A stretch of DNA of 63,892 nt, counting the filler, from Reticulomyxa filosa (lineage: Eukaryota > Protista > Foraminifera): NCBI GenBank assembly GCA_000512085.1. It is 24 parts of 24 records of this genome, joined end to end, with 100 filler letters (N's around TTAATTAATTAA, not from the genome) between each part and the next. Parts side by side here need not be neighbours in the genome. Positions count along the whole stretch, not along the records: positions 11,097 to 13,517 come from ASPP01017580.1; positions 13,618 to 16,546 come from ASPP01000679.1; positions 16,647 to 18,091 come from ASPP01001295.1; positions 18,192 to 26,870 come from ASPP01009207.1; 20 more parts are not named here. One strand, given 5' to 3'. The position numbers and the translations under genes are program-made. Below are positions 12,348-24,399 of the stretch, in pieces. The stretch's first letter is position 1. Each line of letters opens with the position of its first letter. A model generated the notes under the pieces. That model was given only the letters and a program-made list of their open reading frames with translations. It searched no databases and was not told where the DNA came from.

Positions 12348-13150
12348 ATGTCAGGACTAATTAATTTACTAAATATTTATAAAAACGATCCTCGTTACTA
12401 TCAAATGACTGCACAGAGCATATTCTTTGCTATAGGATTTCTATTATTAGATTTTAATATTTCTCTGTTGAGTATAATTTGTGCGCTCCCATCATGTTTA
12501 ATTACGCAATATGTATGTTCAAGGGTATTGAAGATTAATTTTTCGATTCAGAGTGCAATTATTACTGGCTTATCGTTATGCTTGTTAATGCGGGCGAACA
12601 GTCCATTGATATTCATTTTAGCAGGATTTTTATCTATCTCTTCTAAATTTGCAATAAGAATAGGCAATAAGCATATCTTTAATCCTGCAAATTTTGGAAT
12701 TGTTTTGATGTTAGTTTTAATCAATCTGCATGGCTATCACCAGGGCAGTGGGGAAGTTTAATTTGGTTAACTTTATTCTTTATAATATTTGGTACATTTG
12801 TTACTAAACAGGTTAAAACTTTGGATGTTGCGTTTACTTTTTTTATTTCTTATGCATTGCTTATTTTTATTCGAGCAGAATGGTTAGGAGATCCGATTAC
12901 AGTTACAATTTATAAGCTTCAAAATGGAGCGATTTTACTTTATGCTTTTTATATGATTTTCGATCCTATGACTACCCCTAATACTAGGTTAGGAAGATTG
13001 ATATATGGGGTTTTAATCGCACTAGTCACATACTATCTAAAATTTAAGATGTACATCGTTTACGATCTTATATACACTTTATTTATATTGTCGCCTATTG
13101 TGCCAATATTGGACTATATACCGTCAGGGGTGGCCAGGGGTGAAATTTGA
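12348..13150 (+). pseudogene. RnfD/NqrB-like (NQR2_RnfD_RnfE family) membrane protein, frameshifted near 12720-12760
   Basis: Motifs DPRYYQ, SAIITGLSLCLL, KHIFNPANFG and MIFDPMTTP across two consecutive hydrophobic ORFs. Confidence 0.8.
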
Positions 13151-13185
13151 TTGGAAAAATTCTAATAAACCTATGAGGGAATATC

Positions 13186-13323
13186 ATGATAAAGGGATTA
13201 CTACAATTAGTACTAATTAGTTCAATATTCGTTTATGTTTCCTTAAACGAAGTTTCTGCATTTTGTGGATTTTATGTCGCTAAAGCTGATACCAAAATAT
13301 ACAATAAATCTTCTAAAGTTGTT
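13186..13323 (+). pseudogene. N-terminus of a DUF2330-like exported protein, interrupted by the IS1-like element
   Basis: MIKGLLQLVLISSIFVYVSLNEVSA|FCGFYVAKADTKIYNKSSKVV: a signal peptide then the FCGFYVAKAD signature. GAGGGA RBS upstream. IS sequence follows immediately. Confidence 0.75.
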
Positions 13324-13517
13324 GGGATTGCTAACATTTAGATACATGTTATGCCAGGAGAGCAACTAGTATGGAGTGATGATGCATTGCAGGTTTTGTA
13401 ATTCAGAAAGATATGTCAAGCATGGTTTAACAAGAGGTAAACAAAGGTTTTTATGCAAAAACTGCAATAAGCACTTTGTAGTTGATTTAGCAGGAAGGGG
13501 ATATTCCGTAGATGTAA
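13324..13517 (+). mobile_element. IS1-family element left end, copy 2
   Basis: Matches 10803-10996 except for 3 substitutions and is truncated at the same base. Confidence 0.8.
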
Positions 13518-13617
13518 NNNNNNNNNNNNNNNNNNNNNNNNNNNNNNNNNNNNNNNNNNNNTTAATTAATTAANNNNNNNNNNNNNNNNNNNNNNNNNNN
13601 NNNNNNNNNNNNNNNNN

Positions 13618-13979
13618 TTGTCATCACTCCAAACACTTACATATTTCATCACCAATGTATGTTTATTTTTTTCCATATGAATAAGATCAAAAGACAACAA
13701 AGTGATTTGATTGTTGTCTTTGTCGTTGTTACTGTTGCTATCTACCAATTTCACTACACAATGTCCATGTAATTGGACATCTCTTGGATATTCACAGATA
13801 AACTTGTATTCATTTCTGAGTGTATGATAAGAATAACAAGCTCTTTGATCATAACCTCCACAAATGAGGAGTTCGTGTTTGTGTAGCACACATTGAGAAT
13901 GTATTAGTGTAGTGGGCAACCACTTCAAAGTTTGAAAGTGGGCAGTAATCTGTTTTTGTGTTGTATTTTGATTGCCCAT
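13618..13979 (-). CDS. Kelch-motif protein of an expanded protist family, 3' partial
   Basis: MGNQNTTQ (possible N-myristoylation) followed by SQCVLHKHELLICGGY..CYSYH..YKFICEYP..LHGHCVV. Confidence 0.7.
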
Positions 13980-14935
13980 GTTGTTAATGTTTATAAGTTT
14001 TTTTAAGTTTAATTTTTTTAAAAAAAAAGGGGTTGTGACATGACCCTTTTTGAGAAAATAAAAATATTTTTCATTGACATTTTTTATTTGGTTAATGAAA
14101 CAAAAAAATTGCACATAATTTGAGCAATGAAAATTAAAATGCGTGAAAGGTTGAATTATTGTATTGAGAATTTTCAGTGAAAAAGTAATACCATTTGTCG
14201 GTCTTGTGTCCTTTTTGAAATAATGAAAGTATCAAAAACACGAATGTTGTATCTTTTTTTTTGAATTCCATCCTTTTTTTTTTGCATTGTACAATGATTA
14301 GAGTTTTTAACGTGTTCTCCACTAGTTTTTTGTTCTAAAACTTTTTGTGTGAATTCATGCAACTTGTAATTAAAAACTTTGGAAAAGCATTATTATGGCA
14401 TGCTGCACGTCACTATTTTTTATTGTTATGTTTTAAAATAACAAACTTTGTGGAAAAAAAAAAGACATTTTTTAGCAACTAAAACCATAAGTAAATCGTT
14501 ATTTATTTCGCAAATCATCATACAATAAGCATAATTAATATTACGATAAACAAAACTGATCAATGATAATTTTAATGTTCATATTTTGTATTACAATTTG
14601 AAAATTCAATTGGATAGATTGAGACTGGATCATTGTAAACATCAATCATTAATATTTATCTGAAATTTCTTTTTTTTTGCACATTATACTTGATAATTGT
14701 ATTAAATGTAATTAGTCAAGAATCATCAATTGCTCACCAGACCTTGTTGTTTTTTAAACCATTGTCCAAAACAGTGGTTTTATAAATCAAGTTTATTCGA
14801 TATATCCAAGTAATGTAAAAAACATATTGTAAAATATGGTATCTGAAAGAATATATTTGATATGAGTAATTTCGATAATTCAATTGATTGCATTAGGATA
14901 CTTTAATTTTTTTGTTTTGATGCTATTTATCAAAT

Positions 14936-15480
14936 TTAATTTGATATAAAAAAGTTGTCTACTGAGCAGATTGGCCTCTTATTCAACAAAGACATAATAC
15001 GAATGGGGCCATTGCATGAGCCATAACACAAATCCAAATCGTATTTAACATTCTTTGTATTATCTTTCTTTTTCAATGATACAAATTTAAGACATAGTAT
15101 TCCACTATCTTCTTTTTCATCTTCTTTTATAATATGCAATTCATTCTTATTTGATCGAATATCTCAAAAATAAAATGTGTTATCAAATGGTCCAAAACAT
15201 ATCACATTTGAATTACCAATTCTATTCTTCATACAAATGGTGAATATTCAACAGAGAATACAGTATTTGTATGTCCATTGAACACTTGAATTTGCTTACC
15301 AGATCGAATATCCCACAAACGAACACTTTTATCATGTGATCCAGATAATATTGTATTTAATAATTCACAATCATCAAATGTTGAATAATCAATACTATTC
15401 ACCATATTAGTATGTCCAGTATGTATTAATTACTTTGGATGATGAGCGAAATATCTCAAACATGAAGACAGAAGATACCT
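14936..15480 (-). pseudogene. Decayed G-beta-like WD40 gene of an expanded family
   Basis: Fragments such as SGSHDKSVRLWDIRSGKQIQVFNGHTNTVFSVEYSPF, with stops and frameshifts. Confidence 0.75.
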
Positions 15481-16322
15481 ATGTTAAATATATATTTGAA
15501 TATTTTTTGATATTTTAAAAAAAAAGAAAGAACAAATGAACTAATATAATAACAAAATAGTTGACGACATATGTGAAAGTGGATAAAACAAAAACTGACA
15601 TTTGAAGAACTTCTTTGTCAAATTATTTGAATGTAATCAATCTCCACAAATGACAAAACAATTGCAAAGCATGAACTTCACGAAAATACTAAAAAATATA
15701 TTTATCGTGGTGAAGATAATCCAACGAGAAGAACAAAGATATAACATTTGGTCAATTACTCAAGGACATCAAATTGCTGATTTTTCATTATTGAGTAATT
15801 GCATGACAAAGGTCCCAAACATTTGAAATATCTAATTAATTACTTTGATCACAAGAAAGACAAATGTGTAATATTTAACAGCTATTTTCCATTAAATATG
15901 AAAATTGAGCTAAAATTATTACATTAAATAAACGATCATAAATATAAATACTTTCTTACAATTTATTTTGTTTTTGAACAATTCAAAGAAAAGCATTTCT
16001 GCTAATAAAAAATTCACAGAATAAGTGACATTATATCATCCTTCTACGGATTTTTACATTGCAAAATTGTTGTTACTGATTATTGTGATGCACAAAATGT
16101 AACACTTATCTTCGATTTCAAAATGTTTTTTGTGTACATTTTAGTTCAGGTTCTCCTTTTATCAACAAAAGTTCAACCATTTTTTTCATCTTGCATCATC
16201 AATGATTATCTAAAGAAAAAACTAAGAAAATTACAAGAATGAACTTAAACTTATCAATGAAAGTTGCGTCCAGCTTGTCTTTAAGTTTTACTCTTTATTT
16301 TACTTATCGTTGTGATCTATAA

Positions 16323-16546
16323 TTGAAACAGTCAAAAGAAGAAGAGATTCAAATAATTACTCGTCATTGGATTCGGACACTCAACATTAAACTAGGATGG
16401 ATCAAAGATTTTGATAAAATCGTTGTCAATTATGTAAGTTTATTTGTTTGTTTTCATTTGATCAATCAAAATAATTATTTATTTAACATAGGCAACAACA
16501 TTCTTTATGTTTGACACATTTCGTTCATCATCCAAATTAATCAATA
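16323..16546 (+). CDS. N-terminal exons of a WD40-family paralogue (partial)
   Basis: EEEIQIITRHWIRTLNIKLGWIKDFDKIVVNY, then a GT..AG intron, then ATTFFMFDTFRSSSKLIN. The same leader recurs on the minus strand at 16647-16940. Confidence 0.7.
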
Positions 16547-16646
16547 NNNNNNNNNNNNNNNNNNNNNNNNNNNNNNNNNNNNNNNNNNNNTTAATTAATT
16601 AANNNNNNNNNNNNNNNNNNNNNNNNNNNNNNNNNNNNNNNNNNNN

Positions 16647-17450
16647 TGTCAAACATGAAGATAATATATATCTATGTTAAATAAACATTTTGATTAGTAT
16701 TTTTAAAAAAAGAAAGAACAAATGAACTAACATAATTGACAACAAGTTTGTCAAAATCATGAATCCATCCTAATTTGATTTTCAATATTCGAATCCAATG
16801 TTGTATAATTACTTGAATCTTTTCTTCTTCAGACTGTTTGAATCACAAATTACGTAGGTTAAATAAAACAAAAAACTTTTTGAAAACTTGTAATACAGCT
16901 TACCAACGCCAGTTGTGTTGGAGTTTGCTTCTCATTACTAAGAGTTGTCATTTTTTTTTTTTGTTAAGTTCGTTTTTGATGATGTAAAATGGAAGATATT
17001 GAACTTTTTTTTTTCTCTCAAGGACAATGAAAGGGGTTTTCAAAAATATTTTGGCAGTTTTAAAGAATGTTTGAAAACAAAAAAGGAACTTTGATGACTG
17101 AATAAAAAGTGTTATTTTACACAGCTTTTATAAACTTTAAATAAGTTACTTAAATGATAAGTTTTCATGAATTAATTTGAAATAGTTGAATTACTTTATG
17201 TGAAGATTTGATGATGTTTCCCGAAAATAAAAAAAATGACGGTTTCTTCATCTTCTTTTGAATCAAAAAAAAGATTGAATAATCTGTTTGTAAAAATGAA
17301 ATTAATAACTCCATTATATCCTTCTAGTGTTTGAATTTGTTTTCCTAAAGATGCATCCCATATTCGAATGGTTTTGTCATTTGAATATGAAATAACTTTA
17401 GAACCATTTGATGAAATTTGTATTTCTCGCATATTGTTAGAATGTCATTG
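16647..17450 (-). pseudogene. WD40-family fragments (N-terminal leader exons and a separate decayed WD repeat)
   Basis: The leader IQHWIRILKIKLGWIHDFDKLVVNY, and VISYSNDKTIRIWDASLGKQIQTLEG at 17196-17432. Confidence 0.6.
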
Positions 17451-18339
17451 TAATATTTAACAGCACATAATAGAATTATCTTATCCTTCGGGCAAGACGT
17501 AATTGTAATGCAATCTTGAAGAAAATCTTATCTCAGTTACACCTTTATTTCCTTTGAATAAAAACAGCTGATTTTTCAGATGATATATCACACACTTGAA
17601 TTGTGTTATAAACTATCTGATGAAAATTATATCTTTTTTACAAAATGTATACGTCCTTCGGATGTTTGAATCATTTTCAAAATTTTTTGGAAATAATGTA
17701 GAATTTGTTCTGTTAATCACATTTGTTCATAACACAGCAAAACGGATACAAATGTTCTTTTTGGAGATATATTTGTCATATAATTCAACAAATTTATGAT
17801 TTTCATTTTTTAAAAGAAAAAAAAATGGTTTTTTGTAACAAAGATTTAATAATATTTTTTATTGTCCCTTTTTGTCTAGAGTCTCTTCTAATAAAAAAAG
17901 TTAGTAAAGATTTAATTGATATGTAACATTTTGCATACAATATTTTTTTAAGGTGGTAAGTAATACTATTGCATTTATTCATGTGATAAAACAGTGATTT
18001 ATGAGATATAAAATTAGATAAATAATTAGCAAAAATTTCAGATTTTATTATTCTCTAAACCATCTGATGATAACTTCATTTCATAGATCCCNNNNNNNNN
18101 NNNNNNNNNNNNNNNNNNNNNNNNNNNNNNNNNNNTTAATTAATTAANNNNNNNNNNNNNNNNNNNNNNNNNNNNNNNNNNNNNNNNNNNNTTTTTTTTT
18201 TTGTTAGATGGAGAGGAAAATGCGCAAGGAAGATCGAAAAGATTTTATTTCAATCCCTCGTCTTTTCTCTCTCCTCCTTCATCTCGATTGCAATAGCGAT
18301 TCACGAAAAGGTATGTCTGTGTTTGCATTGAAACTATAT

Positions 18340-21054
18340 AGAGTGTCTTACTTGGAAATATACAACAATAATGGATATGATTTGTTGGACGAATCGCATG
18401 AGACTTCACAATTAGAAGATTTACCAAAGGTGAAGATGTACGAAGACGAAAATGGAGTGGTGACCTTAAGTAACATTGGAATGATTGCAGCAAATACGGA
18501 AGAGGATGCACTTAATCTATTGTTTACTGGAGACACCAACAGGATGATTTGTATCACTCCCAATAACGACACCTCGTCGAGGTCTCACTGCATATTTACC
18601 ATATTTATTGAAATGAGACAAATTGGTTCGGAAAAGATCCGTAAATCGAAAGTTAGACAAATCGACCAAAAAAAAAATATATATATATATTTATGTACAA
18701 ATACTTTTATTCTTATCGAGGATGTCAATCAACTAAAAAAAAAAAATTTGCCTGCTGGACCATAGTTACATTTAGTTGACTTGGCAGGATCTGAAAGAGT
18801 GCACAAATCTCAGGTTACTGGAGATGTATTGGAACAATCTAAGTATATCAATTTGTCGTTGCATTACTTGGAACAAGTTATCGTTGCATTACATGAAAAA
18901 GCAAACGGAGATCGAAATCATGTACCTTACCGCAACTCAATGATCACCTCTTTTTTACGAGATAGTTTAGGTGGAAATTGCAAAGTTAATGATAAAAGAT
19001 TACACAAAACGTACAAGCATCTCACTCAAAAAAAATAAAAATAAAACAATAGACGGTGATGATTGCAACGCTATCTGTCGATATAACGTGCCTGGAAGAG
19101 TCCATTTCGACTTGTCGATTTGCACAAAGAGTGGCTCTTATTTCAAACGCTGCTACAATTAACGAAGAAACAGACCCAAATTTGGTCATTGCAAAATTGA
19201 AACTGCAAGTCAAGGTTTGTATTGAATCATTAATGCTGAATATTTTTTTTTTATCTTTTAACATGCAAAAAAAAATATATATATACGTATATGTGTACAT
19301 TTTCTTTTTGTTGATGGTGACATAAAGCAATTAAAAGAAGAGTTAGCAATCCTTCGTGGGGAAAAGGTAGTCAACGAAGAGCCATTGAATGACGACGATA
19401 AAATTCATTGCCAACAATTGATGCAAACATTTATCCAAGTTATTATCTTTGTTTACTTTCCTTTTCGTTTTGTTTCACTCAGATTACAAAAAAAAGGAAG
19501 AAGAGGTTACGTTACCCACACAAGACTGTCGGAAAATTTTAGAGTGCTTCAAGTGTTTGAAGGAAACAATCCTCCACAAACATGCTGATCAACACGCAAA
19601 CGTATCCAATGAGACTAAAACTCGAGCATCATCACCAACAAAAAATGGAATCCTTCAAGAAACAACCGAACAAACTATTATTTGGAAAGAACAAATCTCT
19701 CGCCTTCAAAATACTGTTGAGATTTTTTTCATTGTACTTTGTAACATGTTTTATTCAATACCTTTTAGAGTGGGAATACTTAGAGTCACATATTTTGGTG
19801 AAACTCAACAAAAATCTTTTTTTGTGTTGGTGCAGATAAAAGAACGTGACAACGAAATTATCATCCTAGTAAATTTACTGAAAAAACAAAACAAAGATTT
19901 TCAACATATAGGCACAAATTCAGCTACACTTACTGCTCTTCAGTTTCCGTCTTCAATAGAACCCCTGCCCAATGATACTCCAAAAAAAGTAGCTCTTTTT
20001 TTTTTTTTTTAAATCTCATTTACAAAAACCAATTAATTGTTTCAAAGGAAAATACGCGCTCATCTTATGACGATGCGCAGGCACGAAATGAAGCGTTTCA
20101 AAAATATCGTGCAAGCAGTGAATTAAATCAGGTTTGAAAATAGAGTGTTTACAAATCCGCTGTAAAAGTAAATGGTTGGCAAAATTTAAAAATTAGATAA
20201 TCGAAAGTAACAAAAACACATTGCGGAACAAGATTGCAGAAGCAAAGGAAAGAGGAATTCAAATCAACGAAATCAGAGCGAAAATGAGTCGATTGAAGAT
20301 TGAAATTGAAAAAATTTCAACTGAAGCCGCCGTTCGTCGAATGGACATGAAAGACGTTACTGGTTCGAGGTTTTCACGCACAAAATTTTTTAAACATTTT
20401 ATGGTTTACAAGATCAGAAAAATTTCTTGTTTTTCTCTTTGCGCTTCAGGAATAGACGATGAGGAAAGCAAAAAATATCCATGCTCGAAGACGAGAAAAA
20501 GCTATATCGAGAAAATTTCGCTCACTTAAAAAAGCTGAAAGGTAGCCTTCACGTTTATCTTTAATTTTCTTTTTTAAAAAATAATGACTGGATGAAAACA
20601 GCGGAAATCGAGCATACAAAAGCACTATTGCAAAAAAATAAACATCAATTGCAGATAACCTTTGAACAGTGGTGGCACGACAACTATATTAAAGAAAATG
20701 ACTTGCTTACAAAAAGAAGTATCGTTGACCAGAAAGAATTAAATGAAAAGGAACAAGGAAAAATCAATAGTGGTTTGTCTTTGGAATGCTACAATGAAAA
20801 TTGGTCATCATTCAAAGAAAATTGCCCGTTATCGGCAAAACGTTCTTTTTCGCCGCCATACGAAAAAACATCAAAAAGCTTTTATTCAGCGGGTAAAACA
20901 GCTAACAGACAACAAGAGATGTATATATACAAATGTAAAACTTTTTGCATGTTATTCTTACATTTGTAAAGGAAGCACAGAAGTTGACGAAGATATTTCA
21001 CAATTTTATCGTATGAAAGATGAAATTATGCAAAAAAATGGTTGGAATAATTGA
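18340..21054 (+). CDS. KIF6: Kinesin-9 (KIF6-like) motor with coiled-coil tail, multi-exon, 5' partial
   Basis: Motifs VSYLEIYN, LNLLFTGDTNRMI, SSRSHCIFTI, LVDLAGSER, HVPYRNS, LRDSLGGNC and ESISTCRFAQRVA. Tail ends DEDISQFY. Many GT-AG introns. Confidence 0.85.
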
Positions 21055-21306
21055 AAATTTGATAAAGAGCTTGAGAAAAGGTGGAACCAATGATATATGT
21101 GTTAACACACAAAACTTGAGGTAGTTGTGACAATTAACTTGATTTAGTGAAAATATTTGTGACACTTTCGAATTTTAAAGTTAATTAGTATGACTTTTTC
21201 TTTGAGGCATGCGCACCTTTTTCACGATCAGTTGCATAATTACATTAATTTCACGTAAAAAAAAAAACCATCTTTCTCTCTTTCCTCCACAACCCAGTAA
21301 GAAAAG

Positions 21307-22884
21307 ATGTGTAGCATGGCAATAAGTTTCGGAACAAAGCACTATGTGGAAAAAGAAACGTTTGCGCTAAAAGTGACCGACTTTGAGCACGAGGGGATAT
21401 TTGGTCGATATTACTTCGACACAAGTAATGAAGTGGGGCATGAGCCATCATCCTCACAAAGAGAAGAGAAGACAAAAGAAGCAAGTTCAGAAAAAAGCCA
21501 CAACGTGGACCATCATTTAAGTATACGCACGAATTACGCGCAATGTCGCGACCCACTATCAAACGAAATGCAGCAATGGCTCGGAATTGGTTTGCATAGC
21601 ATATACGACGGGAAGGCGGCCATAAAGAAGTACGGTCGTCCAGCGGTGCGTCTAGTGGTGGTGTTGGACGTGTCGGGTTCGATGGACCTGACCCTGGAAG
21701 GAGGAGAAGGAGTGGGGACGCAATCAAAGATTGTCGTGGCGAAGCAAAGTCTGTTATCAATGTTAAAAAATTTGAAAGACAACGATTGGTTGAGTATCAT
21801 TACATTTGACGAACATGCGCATCTGATTCATCCCCTCACTCAATGGAAACACACAAATGCTGAGTCATTGAAACAACAAATCGCCTCGATTAAGGCAGAA
21901 GGAGGCACAGATCTGTCGGTTGCATTTCGGGCGGCAGGGGCAGTATTGCGCGAAGAGCTAAAAAAAAATCAAACCACAGAAACACCCACCCACGCGGAAA
22001 ATCGCATTCTTTTCTTTACAGATATGCAACCGACCAGAGGTGAACTGAGCGAAGGGGGACTGTTTGCATTGGCGAGTGGGTGCAGCGAAGAACACATTTA
22101 CACTACGTTTGTCGGCGTTGGACAAGACTTTGGCACCGATCTGACGCAACACATTACCACGAATTTGCGTGGCGGTCAATATATGACCATTCAAAATGCA
22201 CACGAATTTGAGGAGTTGATGACGGAAAACTTTGACTACAGTGTGTTCCCGATCGCTTTTGATTTGGTCTGCGAAATTGGTGATGGATGCGCTTTTGAGA
22301 TTGAACATGTGTACGGCACGCGAGAGCCATCAGGGAGTACATTGATGTCGGTCAAAACATTGTTCCCGTCACATGTAAATGAAGATGGCATCACCAAAGG
22401 GTGCATGATTTTGTTGAAATTGAAACCAAACAAGAATGCGCTTTCAAAAGGTGATAAAACCACCGATGTGCTGAAATTGAAATGGAGCTATGAAAGTGCC
22501 ATTTCTGGGAAAAGCTATTCGGAGACTACCGTTGCTACTTTTGGCGAACATGACTCTGAAAAGGAGTACTTTCAGACCACTGGAGTCCACAAGGCTATTG
22601 TGTTAACCAAATATGTGAATCTGTGCCGTGCACTGGTTTCCAAATATACGTTTGATTTCTCGCTGGGAATTCCTGACAGTGTGAAAACTGACAAACAAAA
22701 AATAGTCAATCCTAATCACAAGACAAATACAGGTGAAAAACTTCAATCGCCTTTGGAGGCAGCAGAAACGTTCTCCGATCATTATAAGAACATGTCTGAC
22801 ATTTTGCGAGATGCATCCATGAAAGAAGAACTCGTTGTCCTAGATAAAATTATTTCACATCTAAAAAAAAAACAAAAAAATTAA
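21307..22884 (+). CDS. Intronless von Willebrand factor A domain protein
   Basis: MIDAS motif VVVLDVSGSM, AEGGTDL and RILFFTD within one uninterrupted 525-aa ORF. Confidence 0.9.
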   Translation: MCSMAISFGTKHYVEKETFALKVTDFEHEGIFGRYYFDTSNEVGHEPSSSQREEKTKEASSEKSHNVDHHLSIRTNYAQCRDPLSNEMQQWLGIGLHSIYDGKAAIKKYGRPAVRLVVVLDVSGSMDLTLEGGEGVGTQSKIVVAKQSLLSMLKNLKDNDWLSIITFDEHAHLIHPLTQWKHTNAESLKQQIASIKAEGGTDLSVAFRAAGAVLREELKKNQTTETPTHAENRILFFTDMQPTRGELSEGGLFALASGCSEEHIYTTFVGVGQDFGTDLTQHITTNLRGGQYMTIQNAHEFEELMTENFDYSVFPIAFDLVCEIGDGCAFEIEHVYGTREPSGSTLMSVKTLFPSHVNEDGITKGCMILLKLKPNKNALSKGDKTTDVLKLKWSYESAISGKSYSETTVATFGEHDSEKEYFQTTGVHKAIVLTKYVNLCRALVSKYTFDFSLGIPDSVKTDKQKIVNPNHKTNTGEKLQSPLEAAETFSDHYKNMSDILRDASMKEELVVLDKIISHLKKKQKN

Positions 22885-23061
22885 CACACATTAAAATTTG
22901 ATTCAATCAAATCCAGTGATATTTTCGATGAAAGTAACAAATGTAAATGTAAATAATTTGTTCGTTTTTAACAAAATATAAAACGTTAAAATATATCAAT
23001 AATACAAAAAATTTTTACAATTATCAAAATAATTAAAAAAAAAAATGAAAACGAACTAATA

Positions 23062-24177
23062 CAGTATATTAGTATAAAAAAGAAAGTTTACACCTAAAAT
23101 GCCAAATTATAGAGATAATTGTGTTTCTCCATGAAAAAACAACATTTAATCAAAATTTAAAAAAAAATCTACAAATCGTGTAGTTTTTAAATATCATTTT
23201 GTTTTTTTATTAAGTCTTTCCAATTTTTTCAAAAATTTTAATCTTTCATTTGATTTGGTAAATTTCTTAAAAAAAGTTAACAATAGTGTTTTTCTCGTAG
23301 TAATGAAATTTGACAATCTTTTTTTAAACAATTTTTAAGATTTACCTTTTTTTTTTTAGGTGTTCGATATTGATTTTTGTCATTTTGATTATTTTGTTGC
23401 CGAAATATTGATTGACAACTATTAGATGAAAATTACATAAAAAAGAACAAAATTTAGTGGTGAAAGCATTTTAGTCTGGTCATGTTTTGGAGCATTATTA
23501 ATATGTTACGCTTGCAAGGTGGAAGTTGGAGTAAATACTGATATAAAGAAGTTTTATCTGACGAAATCTAAATATCGTCAATTGCTGCTTAGAAAATAAA
23601 GATGATTTGATTTTCATCAAGATAATGCAACATGCCATAAATCGGAAAAAATTATGAAATAGTTAAAACAAAAAAAAATAAAAACGATGAATTTACTGCA
23701 AATTCACCTGATTTAAATCTAATTGAAAATCTTTGGTAGATAGTAAATACAATGTTTCACAAAAAAGGACCATTTAGTACCACTGAAGAACTTTGTAACT
23801 AATTCGAAACAGAATGTGAAAAAATGTAAACAAACATTTGTAAAACTTTAATAAATTCGATGCCAAAGAGAATACATTCAGTTAAAAAAGCCAAAAAAAT
23901 ATAACAAGTTGGTAAACTTGAATTAAATTTAAAAAAACTAATTTTATCATACTCAGACACCATAAAAAATTTTTTTAAAGAAAATGAAAGATTAAAATTT
24001 TTGAAAAAATTGTAAAGACTTAATAAAAAACCAAAATGATATTTAAAAACTAAACGATTCGTAGATATTTTTTTTTAAATAAAAAAAATTTTGATTAAAT
24101 GTTGTTTTTTCATTGAGAAACACAATCATCTCTATAAATTGGCATTTTAGGTTTCAACTTTCTTTTTTATCATACTG
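23062..24177 (+). mobile_element. Internally deleted Tc1/mariner (DD34E) element with TIRs of about 190 bp and TA target duplication
   Basis: Ends TA|CAGT...ACTG|TA, with 23062-23250 inverted to 23984-24177. Internal remnants ILVWSCFG, HQDNATCH, SPDLNLIENLW and LINSMPKRI. Confidence 0.9.
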
Positions 24178-24399
24178 TATTTGGCTTGTATATCTTTATT
24201 GAAAAGAGCTAAAGTAAAAATAGTTTTGTAAATACATATAACAAATCACAAACTATCTTTATTATATGTTATACTATCTTATATCTTGCATTTATTTGAA
24301 AAGTTATATATTCAATTTTTTTAGATAGCTTTTACAATAAACTTTTTTTAACAAATTTTTTTATTAAATCGATATCAAACTGTAAATAAAAAATAATCG

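Noticed and set aside
1-13979. Bacterial genes next to eukaryotic genes as evidence of horizontal transfer
   Set aside because: Every bacterial-eukaryotic junction coincides with an artificial spacer.
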